Made by a program: the position numbers and the translations under genes. The notes beneath the pieces were generated by a model. The model did no database searches, had not been told where the DNA came from, and saw nothing but the letters and a program-made list of their open reading frames with translations. From Candidatus Omnitrophota bacterium (GTDB taxonomy: Bacteria > Omnitrophota > Gorgyraeia > Zapsychrales > Zapsychraceae), in assembly GCA_015233405.1 (NCBI GenBank), contig JADFXT010000011.1, positions 490 through 64,489 of the forward strand: 64,000 bases of DNA, in the 5' to 3' direction. Positions 32,694-42,292 of the stretch are shown here, one piece after another (the stretch's first letter is position 1; each line of letters starts with the position of its first letter).

Positions 32694-33491
32694 TCACCTT
32701 AAATAAAGTTTAATAAAATAATCATTAATCGCCGACGCATTCAAAAGACAACAAACCATTAGAACCAAAAGTAGCGCCTGAAGAATGAAAAGACCCTTGG
32801 GCAATTTATCACCAGCGGCTTTAAACAATAAAATCCCGATAAGGGCATTCATCGTTCCAACTAATAAGCTCGACGGGATAAGCCCAAGCCTCGGATAAAA
32901 AATAAATGCGAAAGCAATCGTCCCTAAAAAAGCGCCTAAATAATTAAAACCCAGGATCAGACTTTCGCGGTTCGGTTGGTCCTTATCCATCAATGCAATT
33001 AATAACGGGACTTCAAAGCCGGACAAAATTCCGATAAGGATAATCAGGCCATGGGCTAGAAAACTAAAAACACCCCCGGAAAGCCGTAGCGCATCCGCGA
33101 CAAAGAGAAAAACAATGGAAAATCCGCCTAAAACAGCGAGAAGGATTTCAACAATGATCAGATAAAATGCAGGAGCGGTCAGGAAGGTCCCTTCGGCGAG
33201 CAAAGAGCCGATCCCTAAGGAAAACAGGTAAAGTCCGACGGTAACGCTATAACGCAAGACCGTGTCGGCCAGAAATGCAGATAATGTCTGGGCCAAAATG
33301 AGCTCATAGACAATACTACAAAACGACAGGACAAATGTAATAAGGTAAATACGGCTTAGAATTCTTTTCAATTGTCTTCCCTCGTAAAAATTTCTTATAT
33401 ATAATGACTCTATCTTATGAATACTTCTAAAAGAAATCTTGCCATCGAACTTTTTAAAGGCCTGGGCGTCGTTTATATGCTCATCGGCCAC
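32694..33491 (-). CDS. membrane protein paralogous to the TM domain of the adjacent spermidine-synthase-like protein
   Basis: SIVYELILAQTLSAFLADTVLRYSVTVGLYLFSLGIGSL aligns with SILYELLIAQAVVSLATNMVVFYSLTIGLYLISMGLGAL. There is no catalytic domain. The start is uncertain because it overlaps the divergent gene. Confidence 0.6.
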   Translation of the reverse strand: MADEHINDAQAFKKFDGKISFRSIHKIESLYIRNFYEGRQLKRILSRIYLITFVLSFCSIVYELILAQTLSAFLADTVLRYSVTVGLYLFSLGIGSLLAEGTFLTAPAFYLIIVEILLAVLGGFSIVFLFVADALRLSGGVFSFLAHGLIILIGILSGFEVPLLIALMDKDQPNRESLILGFNYLGAFLGTIAFAFIFYPRLGLIPSSLLVGTMNALIGILLFKAAGDKLPKGLFILQALLLVLMVCCLLNASAINDYFIKLYLR

Positions 33492-34478
33492 CAGATCGTC
33501 TGGCTTTTTACCAAATTTGACGGCAACGGACTTTTATATCCGGATTCCTATAAAGCCTTTGCTTTCTTTAGGACAGGACTTCATCCGCTAGTGCTCCAAT
33601 TTCCCGCCCTGGCCGGGGCATCGTTATTCTTCCTCATGAAATCAAGAGAGATATCTTTGAATGGAGCACTTAAAAGAGCCGGCATCCTGATCTTCATGGG
33701 ATTTTTGTTAAATCTCTTGGCCTGGGGCCCTTACGGCATGTTCGCCTGGGACGTCTTACCTTTCATCGGATTATGCACGGTCATTTCTTACCCTTTTATC
33801 AGAAACTTTGACAAAACCCAATATCAAATCATGCTTTTATTCATCGGCCTTTTTTGCTTAAGCCTCTCGAATATATTTCCTTGGGCCACTTACGGCGAAC
33901 TCTACTTATACAAAATATTTCTCGGCGACAGCACCGGACAAAACTATTGGCCGTTTTGTCCATGGTATTCCCTTTTTGTTTCCGGCATTTTTCTAGCGCA
34001 CGTCCTTAATTCCAAAAATGAAATCCTTTTAAAACGTACAATACTCATCGGCGCAGCGCTCCTTGCCTCTTACATTGTCTCTCTATTTATCCACCCTTCT
34101 ACCTATTTTACGGAAACTTATAATTTTAATAGCGCTTGGGGCGTTGCCATTTTTAAACCATCGCTTGTCTTTACCGTCGGAATCATCGGATTTGGATTAA
34201 CCTTTGTTCCTCTGACCAGCCTGTTATTGACCCGTTCCCATTTTTTTAAGAATATTCTTCAAAATTCATTCTTAACCGTCTATGCCCGAGGCGTTTTGTG
34301 GATCTATTTCATGACAATTATTCTAGGCTATCAAATCACGTCCTACATCAACACGAACTTTAACCTTAATTTTCAAAAAGCAAACACGCTACTTCCCTTT
34401 TTAATTCTCTTTCAGTTTCTTTTGGCCTATCTGATCGGGAAAATGGCTTCGTTTAAAAGAAAGATCCAATACGAATAA
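33417..34478 (+). CDS. polytopic membrane protein, acyltransferase-like (DUF1624/HGSNAT-like N-terminus)
   Basis: 353 aa. The N-terminus RNLAIELFKGLGVVYMLIGHQ resembles the R..D..(R/K)G....M...H start of that family. About 9 TM segments. Confidence 0.45.
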   Translation: MNTSKRNLAIELFKGLGVVYMLIGHQIVWLFTKFDGNGLLYPDSYKAFAFFRTGLHPLVLQFPALAGASLFFLMKSREISLNGALKRAGILIFMGFLLNLLAWGPYGMFAWDVLPFIGLCTVISYPFIRNFDKTQYQIMLLFIGLFCLSLSNIFPWATYGELYLYKIFLGDSTGQNYWPFCPWYSLFVSGIFLAHVLNSKNEILLKRTILIGAALLASYIVSLFIHPSTYFTETYNFNSAWGVAIFKPSLVFTVGIIGFGLTFVPLTSLLLTRSHFFKNILQNSFLTVYARGVLWIYFMTIILGYQITSYINTNFNLNFQKANTLLPFLILFQFLLAYLIGKMASFKRKIQYE

Positions 34479-35477
34479 TCATCTGCGTATAACCATCGAT
34501 ACATAACTACCGAAACTGTCCTGATTGACAAAGAGCACTTCTTTAATCGCCTTTTTCCCGTCGAGTAATAGACTTCCTAAAATAGCACCCAGAGCGCCCG
34601 AAGCACAAAATGTATTTCCTAAAAGATCATCCAAAGATATAAAATTCTTTTTCCCAGCCAGACCCTTAATAAACTTTTCATTATCGGAAAATTTTTCGCC
34701 AAAACTATTTCCCCTGTTAAGGATAACGCTTCGAGACTTTGTCTGATTCCCGCGGCCAAGAAAACTCTTAATGATTTTCTGCGGAACCTGCATGTCTTTA
34801 TCCGCACAAAACCCATGACGACCATCACCCAGGGTGGCGTGAATTTTCTTGCCGGCGGTACGAGCGCTTTTCTTTTTCTCCAAAACCACAAAAGCACAGC
34901 TTTCCTGTCTAAACCCACATTGATCAAACGCCTCTTCAAGATCATCACAAATAACGTTAATCCCACCGACAAAGACAATATCCGCTCTGCCGTCATTGAT
35001 CAAATCGCTACCCACGAGAATCGCTTCTGACGCAGAAACAGCGCCCGATGAGAAAGTAATGTCAGGCCCTTTGAAATTAAACATGATAGACATTTTGGCA
35101 GCCAGGGCATTCGTCGCGGAATATGGCACCAAAAAGATCTTGGCCGGCTCTTTTCTTTCGATACCCCTTAAACTGCTAGTCTTAAATTCCTCGCTGCCAT
35201 AAGTATTGCCCATCAAAATCGCGCACCGAGAAGAATTCTCGTCCGTGATCGAAATTTTCGCTGACTTTAAAGTTTTTTGTAACGTGGCGGCCACAATCTT
35301 TTCAATACGCGGTAACTCAAAAGGCCCTTGCGGGATAAAAGAAAGCTCGGACTTATAAACTGCCGGGTCTATCCGACGGGATGGCGAATGATCCGAAGGC
35401 TCCCGCAACCATCTCTCAAGAGACTCTTCTCCTCCAATCACACACCCAAAACCAGTTATGGCAATTTCGTTGTTCAT
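34479..35477 (-). CDS. beta-ketoacyl synthase-like protein lacking the Cys-His-His triad (CLF-like partner)
   Basis: Thiolase-fold KS similarity (ITGFGCV..., VFVGG). The active-site positions read SSGAVSAS, NRGNSFG and LGNTFCASG instead of C, H and H. The ATG at 35477 overlaps the upstream stop as ATGA. Confidence 0.65.
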   Translation of the reverse strand: MNNEIAITGFGCVIGGEESLERWLREPSDHSPSRRIDPAVYKSELSFIPQGPFELPRIEKIVAATLQKTLKSAKISITDENSSRCAILMGNTYGSEEFKTSSLRGIERKEPAKIFLVPYSATNALAAKMSIMFNFKGPDITFSSGAVSASEAILVGSDLINDGRADIVFVGGINVICDDLEEAFDQCGFRQESCAFVVLEKKKSARTAGKKIHATLGDGRHGFCADKDMQVPQKIIKSFLGRGNQTKSRSVILNRGNSFGEKFSDNEKFIKGLAGKKNFISLDDLLGNTFCASGALGAILGSLLLDGKKAIKEVLFVNQDSFGSYVSMVIRR

Positions 35478-36691
35478 GGACTTATTTTCTCCACGACAAT
35501 CGCGCAATTTTGTCCACCTAAGCCTGCGGATAAACACATTGCCCGACGGACTTTCTGGTGAATAGCTTTGTTGGGCACATAATCCAAATCACAGTCAGGG
35601 TCTGGCGTTTTATAATTGATCGTCGGCGGAATGATCCCCTCACAAAGGGTTTTTGCTGTAGCGATCACGTCAAGCCCCATCGAAGCGCCCATAGTATGCC
35701 CGATCATGGATTTGATTGAACTGATTTTCAGCTTCTTCGAATGCCCCCCAAACGATCTTTTGATGGCCCTTGTTTCTGATAAATCGTTATAAACCGTTCC
35801 GATGCCATGCGCGTTAATATAATCGATCGAATCAAAACTACTGCCCGAATCCTTGAGCGCCTCCTCAATGGCCCGTGACAATCCTTTTCCATCTTTATCC
35901 GGGCTAAACGGATGACAGGCATCTGACGTCGAGCCGTAACCGCTTAGCTGACAATAAATCTTAGCTCCGCGAGTCTTGGCATGATTAAGTTCTTCTAAAA
36001 TCACAACGCTCGCGCCTTCGGAAATACAAAACCCTTTTCGGTTTTTGTCAAAAGGCCTAACAACTCCGTCTTTGGCCGCAGCTTCCGTACCGGCAAACGC
36101 AACCGCCAGCATATCGCTCATCATATCTGCGCCTCCGGCGATCATTATATCCGCTCGGCTGTGTTCTATCTCTCTTAAAGCGAGCCCAATAGCATCCCCG
36201 CTCGACGAACAAGTTGTATTCACACAAAAACAAGGCCCAGACAATTTCAATTTACTTGCAAAATACGCCATCGAAGAATTTAGCGAATAATTTCTTAACA
36301 GAGCAATGTCTTTTTTTCCCTGCGCCATAAGCTTCTGAATATATTTCTGGCCAGAGCCTATTTCGCCTAAAATAGTCCCAAAGGCCATACCTGCCTTAGG
36401 AATATGTCGACGACAATTGGCATCATCTAAGGCCTGCTCTAAGGCATGATAAAAAAGCTCAGAGCATCGTCCTTGGGATTTTATCGGTTTTTCTTTAAGA
36501 AACTTTTCAAACCCCGCAGCTTCTCCGCCGAACTGGCAACAATAATCTTTCACGCCAATAAGCTTAAGCGGTTTAATGGTATTTCGCCCCTGGCAAAGCC
36601 CTTGCCAGAAAGCCTCCACGCCCGCGCCGCAATCCATCGGAGTGACGGCTCCTAAACCGGTTATCACAATTTGTCTTTTATTTTTTTTCAT
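35474..36691 (-). CDS. beta-ketoacyl-ACP synthase II-like (active KS)
   Basis: 405 aa with Cys in NTTCSSSGDAIG, His in INAHGIGT and His in KSMIGHTMGASMG. Confidence 0.85.
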   Translation of the reverse strand: MKKNKRQIVITGLGAVTPMDCGAGVEAFWQGLCQGRNTIKPLKLIGVKDYCCQFGGEAAGFEKFLKEKPIKSQGRCSELFYHALEQALDDANCRRHIPKAGMAFGTILGEIGSGQKYIQKLMAQGKKDIALLRNYSLNSSMAYFASKLKLSGPCFCVNTTCSSSGDAIGLALREIEHSRADIMIAGGADMMSDMLAVAFAGTEAAAKDGVVRPFDKNRKGFCISEGASVVILEELNHAKTRGAKIYCQLSGYGSTSDACHPFSPDKDGKGLSRAIEEALKDSGSSFDSIDYINAHGIGTVYNDLSETRAIKRSFGGHSKKLKISSIKSMIGHTMGASMGLDVIATAKTLCEGIIPPTINYKTPDPDCDLDYVPNKAIHQKVRRAMCLSAGLGGQNCAIVVEKISP

Positions 36692-36697
36692 TGTCCA

Positions 36698-37726
36698 TCA
36701 CTGATGCTGATGCCGTAATTGCCCGCAGGCGGCAGCGATGTCGCGTCCCCGAGGCTGACGCAGCGTTGCATGAATGCCAAATCGGTCCAAAGCGGCTTGA
36801 AAATTCCTGACCTCCTCTTTCGACGGAGATTTGTACGGGAACTCGCTGACTTCATTATAAACGATCAGGTTCAGCTTACATAAAAGGCCTTTAAGTAATT
36901 CCTTTAATCGACGGGCCGATTCTAACGTGCACGTTAAATCTTTGATCAGGATATATTCAAAAGTGATTTGCCGGTTGGTTGCTTTGACATAATCATGGCA
37001 AGCCTCGACGAGCTTAAGAAGCGGGAATCTTTGATTGACCGGCATCAACTCATTTCGTAAGGCATCCGTAGCGCCGTGAAGAGAAATAGATAATTCGATC
37101 TGAAGGCCTTCCTGGGTCAATTTCTTGATTTGAGGGATCAGGCCGCAGGTCGATATGGTTATCCGACGAGCCCCGATATTAAATCCTTCGGACGCATTAA
37201 GGATTCGGATCGCTTTCATCAAGTTCTCATAATTATCTAGCGGTTCTCCCACACCCATAAATACGATATGCGACAAATCCTGGTTCTTTAAGGAACGCTT
37301 AACAAAGCAAATCTGGCCTAAAATTTCCGCGCAGCTTAAATGTCTTTTAAATCCGCCTAAACCGCTCGCGCAGAACCGGCAGCCATATTTACAGCCGACC
37401 TGGGTCGACACACAAACCGTTACCCTGGACTTCGTCGGAATAATGACGGTTTCAATATGTTCTCGGTCGGAAAGTTCGAACAAAATTTTCTTGGTCCCAT
37501 CATAGGATTCTTGTTCACAACGACAAGCCGGTAGCTCAAGAACAAACTCCGTCTTTAAATATTCTTTAAGCCGTGGCGGCAGGTTCTTCATCTGCTCAAA
37601 ACTTGAAATATTTTTTTGATAGATCCACTCAAAGATTTGAGTGGCCCGGAATGGTTTTTCTTGGAAAGAAGCTAACTGTGTTACGAGGTCTTCGTAAGAA
37701 CAATCTAGGATATTTTTAAGGGCCAT
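36698..37726 (-). CDS. rlmN: 23S rRNA/tRNA adenine-C2 methyltransferase, radical SAM
   Basis: VSTQVGCKYGCRFCASG and the C-terminal GRDIAAACGQL motif. Confidence 0.9.
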   Translation of the reverse strand: MALKNILDCSYEDLVTQLASFQEKPFRATQIFEWIYQKNISSFEQMKNLPPRLKEYLKTEFVLELPACRCEQESYDGTKKILFELSDREHIETVIIPTKSRVTVCVSTQVGCKYGCRFCASGLGGFKRHLSCAEILGQICFVKRSLKNQDLSHIVFMGVGEPLDNYENLMKAIRILNASEGFNIGARRITISTCGLIPQIKKLTQEGLQIELSISLHGATDALRNELMPVNQRFPLLKLVEACHDYVKATNRQITFEYILIKDLTCTLESARRLKELLKGLLCKLNLIVYNEVSEFPYKSPSKEEVRNFQAALDRFGIHATLRQPRGRDIAAACGQLRHQHQ

Positions 37727-37729
37727 GGT

Positions 37730-38698
37730 TTAGGAGGCAGCGATATCGCCCTTGGAAAAAACACCGATCTTGCGGAATTTATCGTATCGATTTTCCAAAA
37801 GCTCTTCGGTCGACAACGGGGATAATTCCTGAATATATTTAATAAGAGATTTCTTGAGATTTGCCGCAGCGACCTCGGGGTCTTTATGCGCTCCGCCCAT
37901 CGGCTCTCGAATGATCTCCTCGACGATGCCAAATTTCAAAAGATCCTCTCCGGTCATTTTTAAGGCCTCTGCCGCTTCCGGCGCCTTGACGGCATTACGC
38001 CACAAAATAGAAGCACATCCTTCCGGAGAAATAACAGAATAATAGGCATGTTCGAGAATACAAACCTTATCCGCAACACCAATCCCCAGCGCCCCGCCGC
38101 TTCCGCCTTCGCCGATAACAGTGGCGATAATCGGAGTTTTGATTCGTGACATATTCTTAAGATTTTCCGCGATCGCCTGAGCCTGCCCGCGCTCTTCCGC
38201 ACCGACGCCGGGATAAGCCCCGGGCGTATCGATAAAAATAATTACGGGCAAATGGAATTTTGCTGCCAGCTCCATCAGGCGAATGGCTTTACGGTACCCT
38301 TCCGGGTGAGCACAACCAAAATTCCGCATAATATTTTCTTTGGTATCTCGTCCCTTTTGATGGCCCATCACCATGACCGGATAATTATCCAGCTTGGCAA
38401 AACCGGCTACGATCGCCGAATCATCGGCGAACAACCTATCGCCGTGAAGTTCCATAAAATGCGTCATCATCATACTGACATAATCCATGGTATACGGCCG
38501 ATCGGGATGACGCGCGATCTGTACCCGCTGCCACGTCGTCAGTTTGCCGTAAACCTCTTTTTTCATCTGATCCAATTTTTCCGTCAGTTTACGGATTTCC
38601 GGCGTCAGGGCAATCTTTTTCTCTGAACCAAAATTCCGTAATTCTTCGATCTTGGTCTCGAGTTCATAAATCGGTTTTTCAAAATTTAAAACACTCAT
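37730..38698 (-). CDS. accA: acetyl-CoA carboxylase carboxyltransferase alpha subunit
   Basis: 322 aa; LNFEKPIYELE..., FIDTPGAYPG and GEGGSGGALG. Confidence 0.95.
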   Translation of the reverse strand: MSVLNFEKPIYELETKIEELRNFGSEKKIALTPEIRKLTEKLDQMKKEVYGKLTTWQRVQIARHPDRPYTMDYVSMMMTHFMELHGDRLFADDSAIVAGFAKLDNYPVMVMGHQKGRDTKENIMRNFGCAHPEGYRKAIRLMELAAKFHLPVIIFIDTPGAYPGVGAEERGQAQAIAENLKNMSRIKTPIIATVIGEGGSGGALGIGVADKVCILEHAYYSVISPEGCASILWRNAVKAPEAAEALKMTGEDLLKFGIVEEIIREPMGGAHKDPEVAAANLKKSLIKYIQELSPLSTEELLENRYDKFRKIGVFSKGDIAAS

Positions 38699-38734
38699 GA
38701 GGCTTTAACCTTCTTTGGTTATCAATTTAAAAAA

Positions 38735-39544
38735 TTAATCTTGAATGTTTACTTTTGTTCCGACGGGGATAACCGTGTAAAGCTCTTCGACATCTTTGTT
38801 GATCATGCGCACACATCCGGCGGTCACTTGTTGGCCAATAGCCTCCGGCTGAACCGTGCCGTGAATCCCATAACCGGGATTATCAAACCCCATCCAACGG
38901 CTCCCTAAGACATTTTGCGGGCTCTCGGGTGGGACCACGATCCCCTTATTGAACCAAACGGGATTCGTAAGTTTCGAGGTGATGGTAAACGTCCCGACCG
39001 GCGTGCAATTGTTTTGGCCCGTCGACACAGAATACGTTTTAACCACATCATCCCCGTCTTTAAGAATCAGGATATTTTGCGATTTGTCGACAAAAATATT
39101 CAGACTCCCTTTCCAAATAGATAATTTCTGTCCTGCCCGAATGACGTTGGAGGTGATATTGTTACGAACCTTAATAAGGTCGATCGTCGTATTATATTTT
39201 TTGGCCACTTTGGCCAATGAATCACCGGGCTGGACTTCATAAATCACCGTACTCGGCGTCGTTGTATTGGAAAACAATATTTGCATATTAAGATTATCCA
39301 AATCTTTCTGAGCTGTGGCAATATTTTCATAATCCGGATAATCCGTCACAAGCTTCTGGTATGCCTGTTTAGCTTCATAAAGCTGCCCATTATGGACCAT
39401 CTCAAGCGCCTGGTCATAAAGTTGCTGGGCCTGTTTCGTCTGCGGAGAAGAAACCATATTAGGCACATGGACTTTCTTTGAAAAACCAAAAACGAGTGTC
39501 GTTAAGATAATAATGCCGACGACAATAAGAATATTCTTTCTCAC
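38735..39544 (-). CDS. L,D-transpeptidase with LysM domain
   Basis: TM/signal segment, LysM domain (YEVQPGDSLAKVAKKYNTTIDLI) and YkuD catalytic motif GIHGT...AGCVRM. Confidence 0.85.
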   Translation of the reverse strand: MRKNILIVVGIIILTTLVFGFSKKVHVPNMVSSPQTKQAQQLYDQALEMVHNGQLYEAKQAYQKLVTDYPDYENIATAQKDLDNLNMQILFSNTTTPSTVIYEVQPGDSLAKVAKKYNTTIDLIKVRNNITSNVIRAGQKLSIWKGSLNIFVDKSQNILILKDGDDVVKTYSVSTGQNNCTPVGTFTITSKLTNPVWFNKGIVVPPESPQNVLGSRWMGFDNPGYGIHGTVQPEAIGQQVTAGCVRMINKDVEELYTVIPVGTKVNIQD

Positions 39545-39572
39545 AACAATCCTCCTTTAAGAAGCTAACAAA

Positions 39573-40019
39573 TTACCAAATCTTATAAAAAATATAAGAT
39601 AAAATGATTCCTAAAATTGATCCGATAAGAACCTGTAAAGGGGTATGGCCAATAAGTTCGATTAAGCGGTTCGACTCAATCTTGCCCTTCCAGTACATAT
39701 CATCTAAAATCTGATTCAAAATCGCTGCTTGTTCCCCGGCAGAACGACGAACGCCTTGCGCATCAAACATAGTGACCAAGGCAAAAACGGTCGCCAAAGC
39801 AAAAATGATGGACGTAAACCCGGCCTCAAGACCGCACGTCAGAGCCAATGCTGATGCTCCCGCCGCATGGCTGGAAGGCATACCGCCCGTGCCAATCAAC
39901 CATTTAAAATTAAACCGCTTCTCCCTAATAACGCCTAAAATCACTTTGACGCTTTGGGCAATGCCCCAGACCAGAAGCGTGATCATTAATATTTTATTAT
40001 GAAAAATATTATTATCCAT
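39573..40019 (-). CDS. divergent PAP2-like membrane protein (DUF212 / YuiD family)
   Basis: 148 aa; GGMPSSHAA motif, 4 TM segments. Confidence 0.7.
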   Translation of the reverse strand: MDNNIFHNKILMITLLVWGIAQSVKVILGVIREKRFNFKWLIGTGGMPSSHAAGASALALTCGLEAGFTSIIFALATVFALVTMFDAQGVRRSAGEQAAILNQILDDMYWKGKIESNRLIELIGHTPLQVLIGSILGIILSYIFYKIW

Positions 40020-40112
40020 AGTAGGAAAGTTTTATTTAACCAATTCGCTAAACAGCGGAATTCTTTGATATTGACGAAAAAAATATTTTATGTTAGGTTA
40101 CATTATAATATC

Positions 40113-40137
40113 AGACCTTGAAAAAGCAAGGTCTTTT
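40113..40137 (+). promoter_or_regulatory. leader hairpin with short T-run upstream of comM/yifB (possible attenuator or 5' stabiliser)
   Basis: AGACCTTG-aaaaag-CAAGGTCT-TTT, located just downstream of a TATAAT box (40104-40109). Confidence 0.3.
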
Positions 40138-40198
40138 CCATACCAATACCCCCACTCGATTTTCCCCAACCAATGGCTGGCGTCCCTTCATATTTATT

Positions 40199-41734
40199 AT
40201 GCTTGCCAAATCTTATAGCTACGGAATCAATGGCCTTGACGGCTATTTAGTTACGATCGAAGTGGATGTTTCCAATGGCCTACCGCAGACCATTATTGTT
40301 GGCTTGCCGGATAATGCCATTAAAGAAAGCAAAGAACGCCTCAGGGCAGCTGTTAGAAATAGCGGCTACGAGTTCCCTTCTCGGCGTACAACCATTAATT
40401 TATCGCCGGCTGATGTCAAAAAAGAAGGCCCTTCCTTTGATTTAGCCATGTGCTTAGGATACTTGGCCGCTTCAGGGCAGATGAGCGCGTCAAGCCTGGA
40501 AAAATACGCTATTCTAGGAGAAGTATCTCTAGATGGCCACATTCAGCCTATCAATGGGGCATTGCCCGCAGCCTTATCTGCTCGAAACGGAAACTTTGAA
40601 GGAATCATTGTCCCAGAAGCCAACGCCAAAGAGTCGGCTTTGGGGAACAATATCCCTGTTTATCCAGCCAAAACACTGAGTGAAGTGGTACACTTTTTAA
40701 ATAATCCTTTGTCCTTAAGTCCATGCCATGCCCATATTAACCCTGAAAATGTCATTGAAACAGGAACTTATGATGTTGATTTTAATGAAGTTAAGGGACA
40801 ATCTCATGTCAAGCGCGGCCTCGAGATTGCCGCTGCTGGGAATCATAACGTCCTCATGATTGGTCCGCCCGGAAGCGGAAAGAGCATGCTGGCCAAAAGG
40901 ATCCCGACCATATTGCCCAATATGAACTTTGAAGAATGCCTTGAAACAACCAAGATCCATTCGATCATGGGGATATTGAGACAAAACCAGGGGATCATTA
41001 CAGCACGACCATTTCGCTCGCCGCATCATACAACATCCAGCGTTGCCATTGTAGGCGGCGGCTCTTATCCCAAACCAGGCGAAGTCACCTTAAGCCATAA
41101 TGGCGTTCTTTTTTTAGATGAGCTCCCGGAATTTAACCGTAATGTGCTCGAATCTTTGCGGCAACCTTTGGAAGACCACTGCGTGACGGTTTCTCGCGCC
41201 AGCAAATCTTTACAATTTCCGGCAAGATTTATGCTCATCTGCGCCATGAACCCTTGCCTTTGCGGATGGTACTCCGATCCCCAAAAAAAATGCCATTGTG
41301 CACCGCAGCAAATCCAGCGGTATTTGTCTAAAATTTCCGGTCCGCTTCTTGACCGCATTGACCTTCATCTGGAGGTACCGGCGGTCTCGCACTCGGCGTT
41401 ATTATCGACTCCATTGTCAGAAAGCTCGGCAGAAATCAAAAAGCGGACCGTGGCCGCACGCCAAATTCAACAAGAACGTTTTAAAAATTCTAGCATTCCC
41501 TGTAATGCCTATATGAATCACAAACAGATCCGGACATTTTGTCCTCTGTCCGACGAGAGTAAACAACTTTTACGCGCGGCCATTGAAGAGCTTGGGTTTT
41601 CTGCTCGCGCTTATAACAGAGTTCTTAAGGTGAGCCGAACTATTGCAGATTTAGCCCAGGAAGAAAATATCTTGCCTGAACACATGGCAGAGGCGATTCA
41701 ATACCGAAGCCTGGACAGGAATTGGTGGGGATAA
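40199..41734 (+). CDS. comM: Mg-chelatase-like AAA+ ATPase YifB/ComM
   Basis: MLAKSYSYGINGLDGYLVTIEVDVSNGLP..., Walker A GPPGSGKS and the C-terminal ChlI-like region. I set the start at the ATG at 40199; the TTG at 40118 lies inside the leader hairpin. Confidence 0.9.
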   Translation: MLAKSYSYGINGLDGYLVTIEVDVSNGLPQTIIVGLPDNAIKESKERLRAAVRNSGYEFPSRRTTINLSPADVKKEGPSFDLAMCLGYLAASGQMSASSLEKYAILGEVSLDGHIQPINGALPAALSARNGNFEGIIVPEANAKESALGNNIPVYPAKTLSEVVHFLNNPLSLSPCHAHINPENVIETGTYDVDFNEVKGQSHVKRGLEIAAAGNHNVLMIGPPGSGKSMLAKRIPTILPNMNFEECLETTKIHSIMGILRQNQGIITARPFRSPHHTTSSVAIVGGGSYPKPGEVTLSHNGVLFLDELPEFNRNVLESLRQPLEDHCVTVSRASKSLQFPARFMLICAMNPCLCGWYSDPQKKCHCAPQQIQRYLSKISGPLLDRIDLHLEVPAVSHSALLSTPLSESSAEIKKRTVAARQIQQERFKNSSIPCNAYMNHKQIRTFCPLSDESKQLLRAAIEELGFSARAYNRVLKVSRTIADLAQEENILPEHMAEAIQYRSLDRNWWG

Positions 41735-41761
41735 AATAGCAAAAAGACAAAAAAAGAAAAT

Positions 41762-42292
41762 CTATTTTCTATCAAAAAACGGGCTCTTAGATGTCGCGCT
41801 TAAAGGAATCCCGAACGCAAGCTTGATGTCGCTCGAGAAAATCCCAAGCTCCTGAACCGCTAACCCGACGCTGTACATAATACGATTATCAACGCGGCAA
41901 TCCGCGGCAATGCTGACCGCCGAGCCGATGGCGATCCCCAAGTCGCCGGTATTAAAAACACACGCCGACTCAGGATGTCTGGTTTTTTCTTCACAATCTT
42001 GATAGCCGCAAAGCCCGCATTTCTTTAAGCCGACCGCCGCATATTTTGTTCCCAAAAGGACCATGACTTCCGTCTGTAAAATATTATCCGCATCTCGCGC
42101 GAAACCGGCAAGCTGTTCTTTCTCGGCGATCTCTTTCATCTTTCCAGCGATTCTTTCAATATCCGATTTTTCCGCTATCATAAAAGTCATGTGGTCAATT
42201 CCCCGGCCTTTGGGAGCGGTGCGCGCAGCTACGACCATTTTCTTGGCGATATCGAGCAGTGTTTCTTTTTTAATGTCTTGTTCTTGTTTCAT
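41762..42292 (-). CDS. DUF2148-type ferredoxin-domain protein
   Basis: GLKKCGLCGYQDCEE Cys cluster and a TAPKGRG motif. The start at MKQEQD overlaps the upstream stop. Confidence 0.6.
   Translation of the reverse strand: MKQEQDIKKETLLDIAKKMVVAARTAPKGRGIDHMTFMIAEKSDIERIAGKMKEIAEKEQLAGFARDADNILQTEVMVLLGTKYAAVGLKKCGLCGYQDCEEKTRHPESACVFNTGDLGIAIGSAVSIAADCRVDNRIMYSVGLAVQELGIFSSDIKLAFGIPLSATSKSPFFDRK

Noticed and set aside
33417-33491. 75-nt overlap of divergent genes 32694-33491 (-) and 33417-34478 (+)
   Set aside because: This is most likely a start-codon assignment problem, with an internal or non-ATG start for the minus-strand membrane protein, rather than a real head-to-head overlap. I treat it as annotation uncertainty only.
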